A stretch of DNA of 63,007 bases, counting the filler, from Folioceros fuciformis (lineage: Eukaryota): NCBI GenBank assembly GCA_049999805.1. It is 5 parts of 5 records of this genome, joined end to end, with 100 filler letters (N's around TTAATTAATTAA, not from the genome) between each part and the next. Parts side by side here need not be neighbours in the genome. Positions count along the whole stretch, not along the records: positions 30,433 to 48,296 come from JBNGIO010004134.1; positions 48,397 to 61,127 come from JBNGIO010004135.1; 3 more parts are not named here. One strand, written 5' to 3'. Made by a program: the position numbers and the translations under genes. The notes beneath the pieces are model-generated. The model was not told where the DNA came from, made no database searches, and saw only the letters and a program-made list of their open reading frames with translations. This document shows, piece by piece, positions 39,651 through 50,657 of the stretch; position 1 is the stretch's first letter; each line of letters starts with the position of its first letter.

Positions 39651-41571
39651 TCAGGGAGCTGTGAGGGCCCCGCCACCAGGACCATCATCCTCATCATCAA
39701 GGTCTGCGTGATATAACCAGTTCAAGGGCATCTTTCTCTCCTCATCAAAATTGTCCTTCCAGCAATTTTGAAACAGTGGAGTCGACAGGTACCTCTCCCC
39801 AAAGCTCGGCAACACACACTGTAAGACGAGAGCACCAGAATGAATCAAGCCCATCTCGACGGGCACTAACCATCCTGGGTGCCCTGGCCCAAAGCCCCAT
39901 CTATTCATCATGCAAACTCTACAGTAAACAGATCACGTCAGGCAGAGGCAGGCGCTGACAACTAAACAGAAAACCTGTTCTGTAAAATGAGCTTACAACG
40001 ACCAATTTTCCTTTGTTCTCTGGACGCCGGGCAATTTGAATAGCTGCATGAGTTGCAGCGCCAGATGAGATCCCGACCAGCAGACCCTCCTCCTCGTGAA
40101 GCCTCCTAGCCATGGAGAAAGCATCCCTACTGCTCACCTGGTCCAAATCAACATCCAACCGTGAGATAATGTTCACTTATAAACAAATATGAAGTTCTTC
40201 CATCTATGCAGAATGAGGAAATACCTTTACAACTTCATCCAGAAGATCCAGATTCAAGACCCTGGGAACAAAACCTGCTCCAATGCCTTGGATCTGATGA
40301 TATCCGGCCTTGCCACCTGAAACCACAGGACAGCAATGGCTCAACAAGGAGCGTGCTCATTTGAAGCAAGCTCGATCCTTCTGTCCGGCAGAAATCAGTT
40401 TAACGAGTGCTCATCGCAGACCTGAAAGAACAGCACTTTCTGCAGGTTCAACCGCCACGAGTTGCACATATCTGTTCATCTTCTTCAAGTACTCACCACA
40501 CCCACTGATTGTTCCCCCCGTGCCAACGCCTGCTACTAGGAAGTCGATCTACATCACGACAAGGCAAGAAACATCTTAGGGAGCTCTTTTCGTCATGATC
40601 AGGTACAGGATGTGCGACATGCCACCTGTCACAGCGAGCTCATACACAGGTGACGAGAACCCAGGTACCTTGCCTTTTGTATCCCGCCAGATTTCAGGAC
40701 CAGTGGTTTCGAAATGTACACGAGGATTTGATGGGTTGTTGAATTGCTGCAGACTGTAAGCATTTGGAGTCTGCCGTACGATCCGTTCAGCCTTCTGGAT
40801 TGCCCCAGTCATAGCAGCCTTGGCTGGAGTTAGTACCACCTGCTTTCAAAGCACAATATAGTGCAGTCAATCAGGAAGTGAAAGGAAGGAAAACTGCAAA
40901 CAGATGCTGTGGCACAATTGGCGACCAAACTTCCAGGCACTGGGGTGCCAACACTTCACCTTGGCACCGAATGCTTGCACAAGAATACGACGCTCCATGC
41001 TCTGGTCCTCCGGCATGGTCAAGATGAGCTTGTAGCCCTTGGAAGCGCAGACAAACGCCATACCAATACCGAAGTTGCCACTGGTAGGTTCAACAAGGGT
41101 GCTAACGCCGGGCGAGATCAACCCCGTCCTCTCAGCATCTTCCACCATAGCCAAAGCAATTCTATCCTTCACGCTTCTGCACGGTTGCATGGCCTCTAAT
41201 TTGCAAGCTATTCTAGCACAGCACCGAGACGCAACCCGGTTGAGATACACCATGGGTGTGTTGCCCACCAGCGAGAGAACATTTTCCCGAATTTTGCTCT
41301 CACCCTTCGTCTCCGGCACGTCGGTGTCCACAGTGATAGATTCCGCACGAACGTTCAAATTCCAGGCCCCTACTCTTGAGCAAGACTCTAAACGACCCAC
41401 TAACACACCAGCAGACTGCGACTCCAAATGAACCCACGTCCGAGAAGCCTGTCCTCCCAAACCCAACATCCCAGAGACATCGCACTTTGATGGGAACACC
41501 GGACAGTGCATCCTACTCCTCCCACACAGCGCAGAATTACCCACAGGAAGCAAGAGATGGCAGGCCGCCAT
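39651..41571 (-). CDS. Plastid cysteine synthase family protein (OAS-TL fold; CS26/S-sulfocysteine synthase-like), multi-exon
   Basis: Transit-like N-terminus, then [26 protein letters not shown] (PLP lysine), [38 protein letters not shown] and [10 protein letters not shown]. Confidence 0.9.
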
Positions 41572-42080
41572 GCCAGGTGCCTGTGGCCTCGCTCCCCCGC
41601 CTTTTTCACTCTCTCCAGCACCACCGCCCACGCATGGTGGCCTGTTGCACTCACACTCAAACACTGGCTAGGTTTGCCAAAAGCTCCTGAAGGCCACCAC
41701 AGAATCCCCGGTTCAGCTACCCCGCCGGCCTTCCTTGCTCCGCCCAGATAAGCCAGAGGCGCAGGCAGCTCGTGAGCATTTGCCCGCGGGACCGGCTACA
41801 GCAACAGGAAAATGCAGCGGAGCAGGCGACGTATGAAAATCTATCTATCCGTATACAAAACACCTGTCTAATGAAGAATCCTAGCGTTCAATGATACAAG
41901 CCTGGCCCAGCCCAGCCCGGCCAGGCCCTCTCTCTCTCCAGGCCGCTGATCTCTTGTAGGCTGTGTGACTCATCACTGATCAGTAGGAGCGGGTAAAGCC
42001 CAGCCAGGCCAACCAGGTTTAGCTACCAGCCGCCCCCGCACTGCATTCTTGTGCACTGCTCACCTTTCTGCCCCGTCTCC

Positions 42081-42623
42081 ATGGCTCCGATGGCCCTCAC
42101 CGCCGCCACCCACATCGGCATCGGATTCAGTCCCGTCGCGGCTGCCTCTTCCTGCTCCTGCTCCTCCTCCTCCTCCTCCTGCTCACCCCGGCCGCAGCGG
42201 AGGATCGCCGCCTCTGGTCTGTCTGCCTCAGGGGTGCATGCGTCCGGCGCCAGCTCGGTGTTCAGGGATGGGAGGGAGCTGCTGGCGGCGCCGATGCGTT
42301 ACAGGACGGCAAGACGGCCTGGTCAGTTGCAGGTTGTCGGGCTCTTCGGGCTGGGAGTGCCGGAATTGGTCGTCATTGCGGGAGTGGCTGCTCTGCTGTT
42401 TGGGCCCAAAAAGCTGCCCGAAATTGGGAAGAGCTTGGGAAAGACTGTCAAGAGCTTCCAGCAGGCTGCCAAGGAGTTCGAAACGGAGGTGAAAGCCGCT
42501 GCTGCCAGCGACACTGCGAATGCTGCCGTAATGGAAGAATCCAAGCCTGCTCCCAAGCCAGTTTCCAAGCCTGAAGCCCCGCCTGCTGCTGCCACTGCAG
42601 TGGAGAAGGACAGCAGTGCATGA
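42081..42623 (+). CDS. THA4: Thylakoid Tat translocase subunit TatA/Tha4, intronless
   Basis: Ser/Ala-rich transit peptide followed by LFGLGVPELVVIAGVAALLFGPKKLPEIGKSLGKTVKSFQQAAKEFE. Confidence 0.95.
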   Translation: MAPMALTAATHIGIGFSPVAAASSCSCSSSSSSCSPRPQRRIAASGLSASGVHASGASSVFRDGRELLAAPMRYRTARRPGQLQVVGLFGLGVPELVVIAGVAALLFGPKKLPEIGKSLGKTVKSFQQAAKEFETEVKAAAASDTANAAVMEESKPAPKPVSKPEAPPAAATAVEKDSSA

Positions 42624-43888
42624 AGGTTGGTGCAGGCAGCTGCCCGGGAGCCACGTCCAGAGTAGCAGCTCGTGCACATACGTGCTTGGAGATGGAGCTG
42701 GAGCTTGGAGCCCGAGTTTCCTTTTTGTATGATATGAGTGGTCACGCTTGGTGCAGTTTGAGATATAGGCTTTTGTTTGTCTTCACAAGGACCTTCCCTA
42801 GGCCTGCCATCTCTTCTGTGGCGGTTGTTTGTTTTGATGCCGGGAATTCTCTGCCTCTCCCATTTTGTTTCTCCCTCCACGTCCAACGAGTTGTGCTTCA
42901 TCTTTTTGTCAAGTAATGCTCCTTTAGAATCTCATGCTGGACTTCCAATGTGGTGGCAACCTAGGTCCTGCTTGGGGGCTTGCGACACCAGCCAGCCAGC
43001 CAGCCACATCTTTGGGTATGTCATGACAATTGAACACGGTGTGCTATCGTTTCGGCGACTTTCCCATGGCACCGACCCATGGAAACGCATAACTAGACAC
43101 CCGCATGGAGAGTGTCCTTAATCCTTAGCTGTCCCTCCGTTGGGCAAAAACTTGTGCAGACCAACACGTCGATATTTTCATCATCCAACAGGACACAGTT
43201 GTCCGCAGCACATTGGTAGACGTGAATCGTGGGACTAGACGAGAGGCTTTGCGCAAATATCTGAACCCCAGTAAACAGCCATATCTGAAGTCAGACAAGG
43301 TGGGCATCGGATTACGAAATCTCATGAACCTGTCCCTTGGCAGCTGGTTACATTCGTGGTCGTAGGTGAGCTCGCGATGGGGTCCGCGATGGTGAATTTG
43401 CACATGCCAGACTCTGTAGAATGTACGGAAGTAGGTTGATGATAAAGTCCCCAGTGTGAAGATGGTTGGGAATCTGTGGCTAACTGGAGTTTGAGCTTAT
43501 TCCACTTTCGGGAGCAGGAGGAGGCAATGGCATATCGTTTGCAATCAACCGTCCCTATTCTTTGGGGGCCGGTGAGTGTGTAGGAAGCTTTCCCTGGAAA
43601 CATTTCGGATCTGTAACAATGAATTAACATCAAAATTCTCGGGCGAGGAGTAGTTTGAAGGCCTGATAATATAGAGTCTCCAACTTCTGCAGGATATCGT
43701 CCTGACGCATGACAAGCCTAGCACTAAAGTATTTTCTTCCACCAGCAAATAAGAACGATGCAACACCAACTACTCATCCAAAGTCTGACAAGGTATCAGA
43801 CGAGGAAGAACTCTTAGCCTGCGCCCTTCAATCTCGTGGACCTGCGAGGAGCATTCAAAAATGGTCAAAACAGTACTTCCAGTAGCAG

Positions 43889-46464
43889 CTATTCCTTGAA
43901 GTCGTCCTTATCATCGAACGGGATAGCCTGATTCCGCCAGTAGACAGCCAACGCGCTTCCACCCAACTGGACATGAGCAGACATCCATCAGAAAGACCTG
44001 TTGGCTTATGACACAGTTGAAACGTGGAGCTGAGTCTCGGGAAAAGAATCTTACCGCCATGCAGACTACACTAACAGCAGAAGGCACTGCCACTAATGGG
44101 TTGCTGAAGTGCTTTTGAGCCAGCAGGAAACCGAGGGCAGAGCTCTGCGGTCAATTTTCTGTAAGAGGTTGGTGAACACAGAGCAGACGGGACGAGGAAC
44201 GAACTAGGGTAAGTTACTTCACTGTACCTGCATTCCACACTCAATAGAAATGGTCCTGGCTGTTGACTCTCCGAACTTGAACACTTTTGACAGCCAGTAG
44301 CCGATCAGAAATGCAGCGGCATGCAGTATGGCAACGGGTATAATCAACTTAGCTCCTTCAGCTACAAGCACTTCAGAAACTTGTCCAATCTGCACCATAC
44401 CCTCAAGTCAGACACATCGCATCTTGATCGTTAGACAGGAACAACAATCTGTGAGCAGAGCGACTTACAGGGCTGGCACAGAGGAGGGTTGTGAGGAGGA
44501 CCCCAACCAAGGGTGTTACAGTCACAATCTTCTTGGTGAACTTGGGGAAAAACTCATTAGCAAGAACTGCGTCAAACATAGACACAAATGATGTCTGACA
44601 ACAGCTGTGAAAACGACAAAGGTAAGCTTCATTTTGATATTCGAAGGTCCTACCTCCAACAATGGTGGGAACCAGGACAACTTGGAAAGTGCTCAAGGCC
44701 AGACCCTGAAGGAAAATACTTCACGCCTTAGAAAATGTGAAGAAAGACGGGACACTGGAAAGACATTAGGCACATTTTCTGTCACGATTAGAACAGTAAA
44801 TAAGAACGTACCACGGCATCCACTGGCACCAACTGCCCAGCGAGCAATTTCGTCAAAAGTGGTGTCATAAAAATGGCACCAATGGTAGACGCTCTGCAAG
44901 CACAGGTGCACTCGTCGTCATTTCAATAGAGGGCCCCACATGACAGTGGGGATCCAACGCTGAGACAACATCTTCCCCTTGCGAATTATGCCAATTTGGA
45001 GACATACGTTGTCATGAGGACTGACAGAGCAACGTTTCCCTTCGAAATGTAGGTCGCAACATTGGACGCTTGACCCCCAGGACAGCATGACACCAAAATA
45101 AGGCCTGTAGCGAGGGGGGCTGATAACTTGAGACTCTGCCGCACAGGTCAAACATAGCGCAATCAGTCTCACGGCCGCGGTCAAGAACTCACCTGGCAGC
45201 TTCCCAGTTTTGAGTGATGGGCTTTGAGTATCAGACTCACCAAGGCAATCAGAAAACCAAGGATTGGCTTCACACAATATTGAGCTAGAAATCCAACTCC
45301 AACCTGTGTGCCAACCACTGTGGCTGTTAGTACAACCACAAGGTGCAGGGACCAGAGTACTTTGCCCCTAAATCAAAAGACCTCGAGTCATGGCGAACAC
45401 TTACAGTCCACGGATTTCTTGCACACCTTCTGAAATCATCGAATGTCAGCGTGAGTCCCATGGACAGCATGAGGAAGCCCAAACCAAGGGTAAACAGATC
45501 AGTCTGGAGCCACGTCACCTGTAGCAAAGCAAATTGACAAATTCAAATCGGAGAAGACAATTCAGAGGGAATGCAAGAGAACGGTGAGGTAAGTAGATGG
45601 TGACGTTCTTACTGCAGCTGGTTTCACGATCCCAATAATGGTGCCCAAAATAACCTGGCAAAACCCAAAGAGTTTCACAATGAGCCAAAACTTCTGCTCA
45701 CAACCGGGAAGGTCCTAAATGGGAGCAGAATCACTGACTACGATAGAGAACGGATGCAACATTCCTTCTTACCCAGATTGGAAACATTGTGGTCAACAGT
45801 TCCACAACCTTGGCGAACGTGGATGCCCCTTCCGCATTGCTGGGAAGGTCCGAACCACCAACCGCACCAGCCTCTGCCTTGCATGCCACCTGGTTGCTCC
45901 TGCAGATTCTTGCAACAACGGAATGAGTTCTCTCCCTCGAATCCGGATTACCCTAGTCCACCGATTCAGCACACCTTCCCCACAAGAGCCGCCCGCCTGA
46001 ACCCCTGATACAGAAGAGCAGCCGGTGGTAGGAAAGAAAAAGAAACCGGTCACGCACCTGCGCGCAAATGGCAGACCCGAAGTTGCAGCCACAGCCCTGG
46101 ACTGCGCTCCTCCAAAGAATGCTGACAAGGAGCTGGAACTCGTGCCATACGAGGACGCCTGCGGAGCACCTGCGAGCACACACATTGCGCGGCTGTCAGC
46201 TCCCGCCACCGAGACCAGGCACCAGACTGTTCGAGGACGGACTAAACATTCTCCTCGGGCTCCCACCGTCAGGTGCCACAGATGCCCCTGGTAGACCCAG
46301 ACTGGCCGAAAATGCGAGACTAACAAGGAAGCAAAACACGTACCACGCAGTCCCTGCAGAGCCCGGAAGCGCACTTGGCACGGGGCGGAGGAGGCGACGC
46401 TGCGCGGCTTTAGCCTCTGAGCAGCAACCTGAACTGAGGGGACTGCGCTCATGGCGGAGGCCAT
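43889..46464 (-). CDS. BASS2: Plastid sodium/pyruvate symporter BASS2 (bile acid:sodium symporter family), multi-exon
   Basis: Motifs [93 protein letters not shown] and C-terminal DDKDDFKE*. Confidence 0.95.
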
Positions 46465-47427
46465 GGCGAAATGAGCCCCGGTAGGCTGGATTCTGCAGCA
46501 GCTGCTGCTGCTCCTGCTGCTGTGGGCCTGTGGGCAGGTGAGGCTCTACAGGGCCCGACCAAATCCCGCTGAAGAACGTAACATGAAAGAGTTGGGGCCC
46601 GGACAAAACGTCTGGCCGCCGGCAGGTCGGCCTGTTCGAGGGGAGAGGAAAGAGCAGTGCACGAGGCGCAGAAGGCGGACCGGAGGCAGGGACAAAGGGA
46701 ATGAGCCTGCCACGTGCATTCCACCTCGCGCACTTCGCCACCTAAATCCAACGTAAACCAAGCGCCCACAGTATTTACTACACGCTCATCTCTCGGAAGC
46801 AGCTACAACCTTCTCGCATTATCCACTGCACTGTACAAGGGTGCGGGACCGAGCTGTATCCAACAAACACAGCAATCTCGCTTCCACCCGGGCCTCACTG
46901 TTTCTCTGCCACAGCGGCCTCTGCACTTTGCAGCACAAGTCCTCATCACGCTGCTTCACCTGTCCCCACACATCTTCGTTGGCGCAAAGATTGCAGGACG
47001 AGTGCAGGGTGGGCAGCAGGAGATCGGGAATCGAGTGGTGAGCAAGTCCCCACTTCACCCAATGTGCCAGCACCCATTTTCGCTGTAGGCATAGCTGTGG
47101 GCTACACTGCACTTACATATTGGACTCTTTGGTGGAGGCTGGAACAGGATGCAGGGCATGCCTGCTGCAAGCACCCACATGGCCTGTGATTCATCCTTTC
47201 CGTCTTCCCCAGCTCTTCCAGCCTTTGACACAAATCTCACATATCCGAAATCGTGTCCCAGCAGAACAGGAAACTCCCCCGAGTTTCTTTCGAACGCCAC
47301 TTCTGAAATGACCGACAAGCCAGCCACAGCTGGTGCTATGTGTTCCCCATCCTTGCATGGAGCGTGTGGTGAGAGTGGACCGCTGCCCTGCATGCTGCTC
47401 ATCCAATTTTGCATCTGGGACAGGGGA

Positions 47428-47484
47428 CAAGCCGGAGTCCATGGCCGATCTAACAGACTCGGCCCGGCCATGGACTCCGGCTTG
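47428..47484. repeat. Perfect 20-bp inverted repeat with a 17-nt loop
   Basis: caagccggagtccatggccg (47428-47447) is the exact reverse complement of cggccatggactccggcttg (47465-47484). Confidence 0.9.
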
Positions 47485-48296
47485 GTGGGCTGAACACACT
47501 CCGAGTGGAAATTGTTTTCTTCTCACACAGTGACTGTGATCCTTCCTGCAGCAGTGTGCACCCGGTGGATGTCCATGCAATCCAAGTAGGGCAGGGTAGC
47601 ATGACAGTGGTACCCACAATTCTCGCTGAGATGGGTTCTGGTTCTCCGGTGAGGACGATGGATGTGAGATAACACCACAAATCCGTATTATTCAATTATA
47701 TTACACACATAGTGTCAACAAAAATCAATACCTTACATACTTAATGGCTAGGTTTCTTCATACGTACAACTTCCTTGAACACAAAGGCAAGAACTGCTTT
47801 TGCAGCATCCTTGACACCAAGATCTGGAATCCCAATCACCTACACCACATCATTAATTTATTTATTTTAAAATACATAAATTAATAATTTCTATCCCAAG
47901 TTAAAATTCATTTCCAAAACACAACCTTAGCTGTTAAGCCCAAAATTGATGCTGCTTCTACAATGTATAGGTGTAGATCTTCTGGATCCATGCTTTTACA
48001 CTACATGCCAAAAAAACTTTCAAGCCCTTATCACAACACTACAGGAAGACAAAGCTTTCTTTTTTCTTTCTTTCACAAAAATTGAAGACGAAATCTACTC
48101 TACAACACACATACAACAAATCTTTAACATGATCATATAATTGATGAATTAATTAATAAAGTACTAATCACGTATTTTAAAATAATCATACCTTATTTGT
48201 TAATTGAGAAAGACAAATGGAACGTGAAGCAAAAGAATCATCAAGATCAAATAAGTCTAAAGCAGGCGGTGGTGGCTCTTTAAAAGTGGGTGGGAA

Positions 48297-48396
48297 NNNN
48301 NNNNNNNNNNNNNNNNNNNNNNNNNNNNNNNNNNNNNNNNTTAATTAATTAANNNNNNNNNNNNNNNNNNNNNNNNNNNNNNNNNNNNNNNNNNNN
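48297..48396. other. Artificial contig-join spacer (N-flanked TTAATTAATTAA)
   Basis: 12-mer at 48341-48352 between N runs. Confidence 0.95.
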
Positions 48397-48470
48397 TTTG
48401 GAGGGTGGGAGTGCGGGGTTGGGGAATCGGGATCGGGATTTGGAATTTAGAGGGCAGGAATTCGGAGGGG

Positions 48471-50657
48471 ATGGCGGGAGTGAGGTCCTGGATCAGGGGG
48501 AGCTTGATTGGCGCAGGGGCGTATGGCAAGGTGAATTTGGCCTTGAACAGGGATAACGGAGAGCTGTTTGCTGTGAAGTCCATCGAATGTTCTGACAAGG
48601 CGGAGAGCGAGTTGAAGGCCATCGAGAACGAGGTGCAGATTCTGCAGAGCTTGGATTCTCCCTACGTCGTGTCCTGCTACGGGAGTGATTGGAGTGTGGA
48701 GAACGGGAAGTCGATGCGGAATGTGTTCATGGAGTACATGCCGGGGGGGAGCGTGGCGGATCTGATGCAGAAATTCGCTGGGAAGCTGGACGAGAGCCTG
48801 GTGCGGGCCTACTCCAGGAGCATTTTGGAGGGCCTTCGCTACCTGCATAGCCAGGGGGTGATGCACGGGGACATCAAGGGAAAGAATGTGCTGGTGGGCG
48901 CCAAGGGGGTGAAGCTGGCGGACTTCGGAGCTGCCAAGAGGATTGCGGCACCCGGAAGCGGGCAGCCCTTGGAATCCATCAAGGGTACCCCGCACTGGAT
49001 GGCTCCGGAAGTGGTGATGCAGGTGGAGCGGGGCCCGGCTTCCGACATCTGGTCTCTCGGCTGCACAATTGTGGAGATGGCCAGCGGGAAGGCGCCCTGG
49101 AACCACCTTCCAAACGCCTTCTCTGCTATGTTTCACATTGGGTGCACCCAGGATTTGCCTCCCATGCCGGACTCGCTGTCGGAGGAGGGCAGGGATTTCT
49201 TGGACAAGTGCTTCCAAAGGGACGCCAAGGTGCGCTGGACGGCGCAGCAACTCTTGGCGCATCCCTTCATCACCGGGGAGTTTTGCTGCCCCGAGCCTGC
49301 CGACAAGGTGCCGCAGCCCGAGTCTCCTACTAGCGTCATGGATTTCGCGGGGCCCCGCGGCTGGGACACCCAGTCCAGGTCGGAGTCAGACATTGAGAAT
49401 TCCGTTCCCATCTTGGCTCTCAAGCGGGCAGGGGCCCTGGCGGCCCCTGCGCCTGCGCCTGCTCCTCCTTCCTCGGCTCAGAAGCAGGAATTGGAATTTG
49501 GTTTAGGCTCTTTCAGCGGTGAGCAGGCGGAAGATTGGTGGTGCAGCTCACCTCTTACGCCCAAGGAGGGGCAGTGGATTACGGTCCGGTCCCCGAAACT
49601 GCCTGGCCCGGGCTCCTCTTCTTCTTCCTCCTCCTCTGCTTCTCCTCTTGTGGACTCTTCCTTTTCCAACTTCCCAAGCGCCCTGCTCGACTTCTCCAAC
49701 ATCTTTGTGGGCGCCCATCCGGCTCCTGAGGCTAAGCACGTCGGCGAGGAGGAGGCGCAAGAGGTGGTGGTGGAAGCGACTCCGGCAGTGGCATGCAGCA
49801 GCATCAACGTCGGCATCAGCAGTGAGGAGGACGCTGAGCTTGTGGAATTTCCTCTCCCTGCTCCACTGGAAGAGGAGTCTCACGAACCTCACACTGCCTG
49901 GAAGCAAGCTCAGGCTCCTTCTGGTTCGGAGGGTTGTTCCGAGAAGATGGAGAGAAGTGAAGAGTGCAGCTGTGCAAGCAGCAGGGGTAGTCTGAGCGAG
50001 GCATGCCACTCGTCCGTCAAGGTTCCTCTTGTCCCTCACATTTCCATCACTGGTTCCCACATTTCCAACACCAGGATTGACGAAGTGTCTGAAAGACGTA
50101 GTTGGATCAGAAACCTGGGGTTGAGGGTCTTGTCCTTGGTGCATCAACTCACCAGGGCTTGCACCGATCCTCATCCTGGTTTCTTTCTAGACTTAGAGCA
50201 GGCTGGCTGCTCCCTGAGCAGAAACTCCAAGAAAACATTGGTGGCAGTCGCCCTCTGTATTCTTATTTTGTTTATCATATCACAGCTTTGCTGGCTGTTT
50301 AAACCTGTGGTCTTCGTACTCCCCGTGCACCATGTTGTGGCTTCTACTCTCCTCTTGAGCTTGTGTGGTGTTGCGTCTTGGTGTTTTGCCTGTGGACTCA
50401 TGTGTCTTGTGTCATACAACTGCGTAAGCAAAAGGTGCAGGAGTGGTGTGGTCTGCGAGACGTTGTTGTGTGGAGCGTATCTTGTGTCACACAGGCGCGT
50501 GAGCACCAGGCCTACACCACGCATTCTGGGGTGGACATTTCCTTGTGTCAAAGGCCGAGAAGTATGTAGTTTAGTACGCATTGTGGGGGGTGGAATGTGT
50601 GTTTGTGTGACACAAGCGCAGAAGCAAAAGAGTCCGAAAAATGGTTCAGCAGGCTAG
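48471..50657 (+). CDS. Intronless MEKK-type MAP kinase kinase kinase (MAPKKK13-21-like clade) with hydrophobic C-terminal segments
   Basis: Kinase motifs WIRGSLIGAGAYGKV, LFAVKS, FMEYMPGGS, HGDIKGKNVL, KLADFG, GTPHWMAPEV and SDIWSLGCT, followed by SPTSVMD and GQWITVR motifs. The true C-terminus is less certain than the kinase domain. Confidence 0.92.
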   Translation: MAGVRSWIRGSLIGAGAYGKVNLALNRDNGELFAVKSIECSDKAESELKAIENEVQILQSLDSPYVVSCYGSDWSVENGKSMRNVFMEYMPGGSVADLMQKFAGKLDESLVRAYSRSILEGLRYLHSQGVMHGDIKGKNVLVGAKGVKLADFGAAKRIAAPGSGQPLESIKGTPHWMAPEVVMQVERGPASDIWSLGCTIVEMASGKAPWNHLPNAFSAMFHIGCTQDLPPMPDSLSEEGRDFLDKCFQRDAKVRWTAQQLLAHPFITGEFCCPEPADKVPQPESPTSVMDFAGPRGWDTQSRSESDIENSVPILALKRAGALAAPAPAPAPPSSAQKQELEFGLGSFSGEQAEDWWCSSPLTPKEGQWITVRSPKLPGPGSSSSSSSSASPLVDSSFSNFPSALLDFSNIFVGAHPAPEAKHVGEEEAQEVVVEATPAVACSSINVGISSEEDAELVEFPLPAPLEEESHEPHTAWKQAQAPSGSEGCSEKMERSEECSCASSRGSLSEACHSSVKVPLVPHISITGSHISNTRIDEVSERRSWIRNLGLRVLSLVHQLTRACTDPHPGFFLDLEQAGCSLSRNSKKTLVAVALCILILFIISQLCWLFKPVVFVLPVHHVVASTLLLSLCGVASWCFACGLMCLVSYNCVSKRCRSGVVCETLLCGAYLVSHRRVSTRPTPRILGWTFPCVKGREVCSLVRIVGGGMCVCVTQAQKQKSPKNGSAG

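Noticed and set aside
48447-50174. Minus-strand ORFs of 271 and 208 aa
   Set aside because: Antisense shadows of the GC-rich MAP3K coding sequence.
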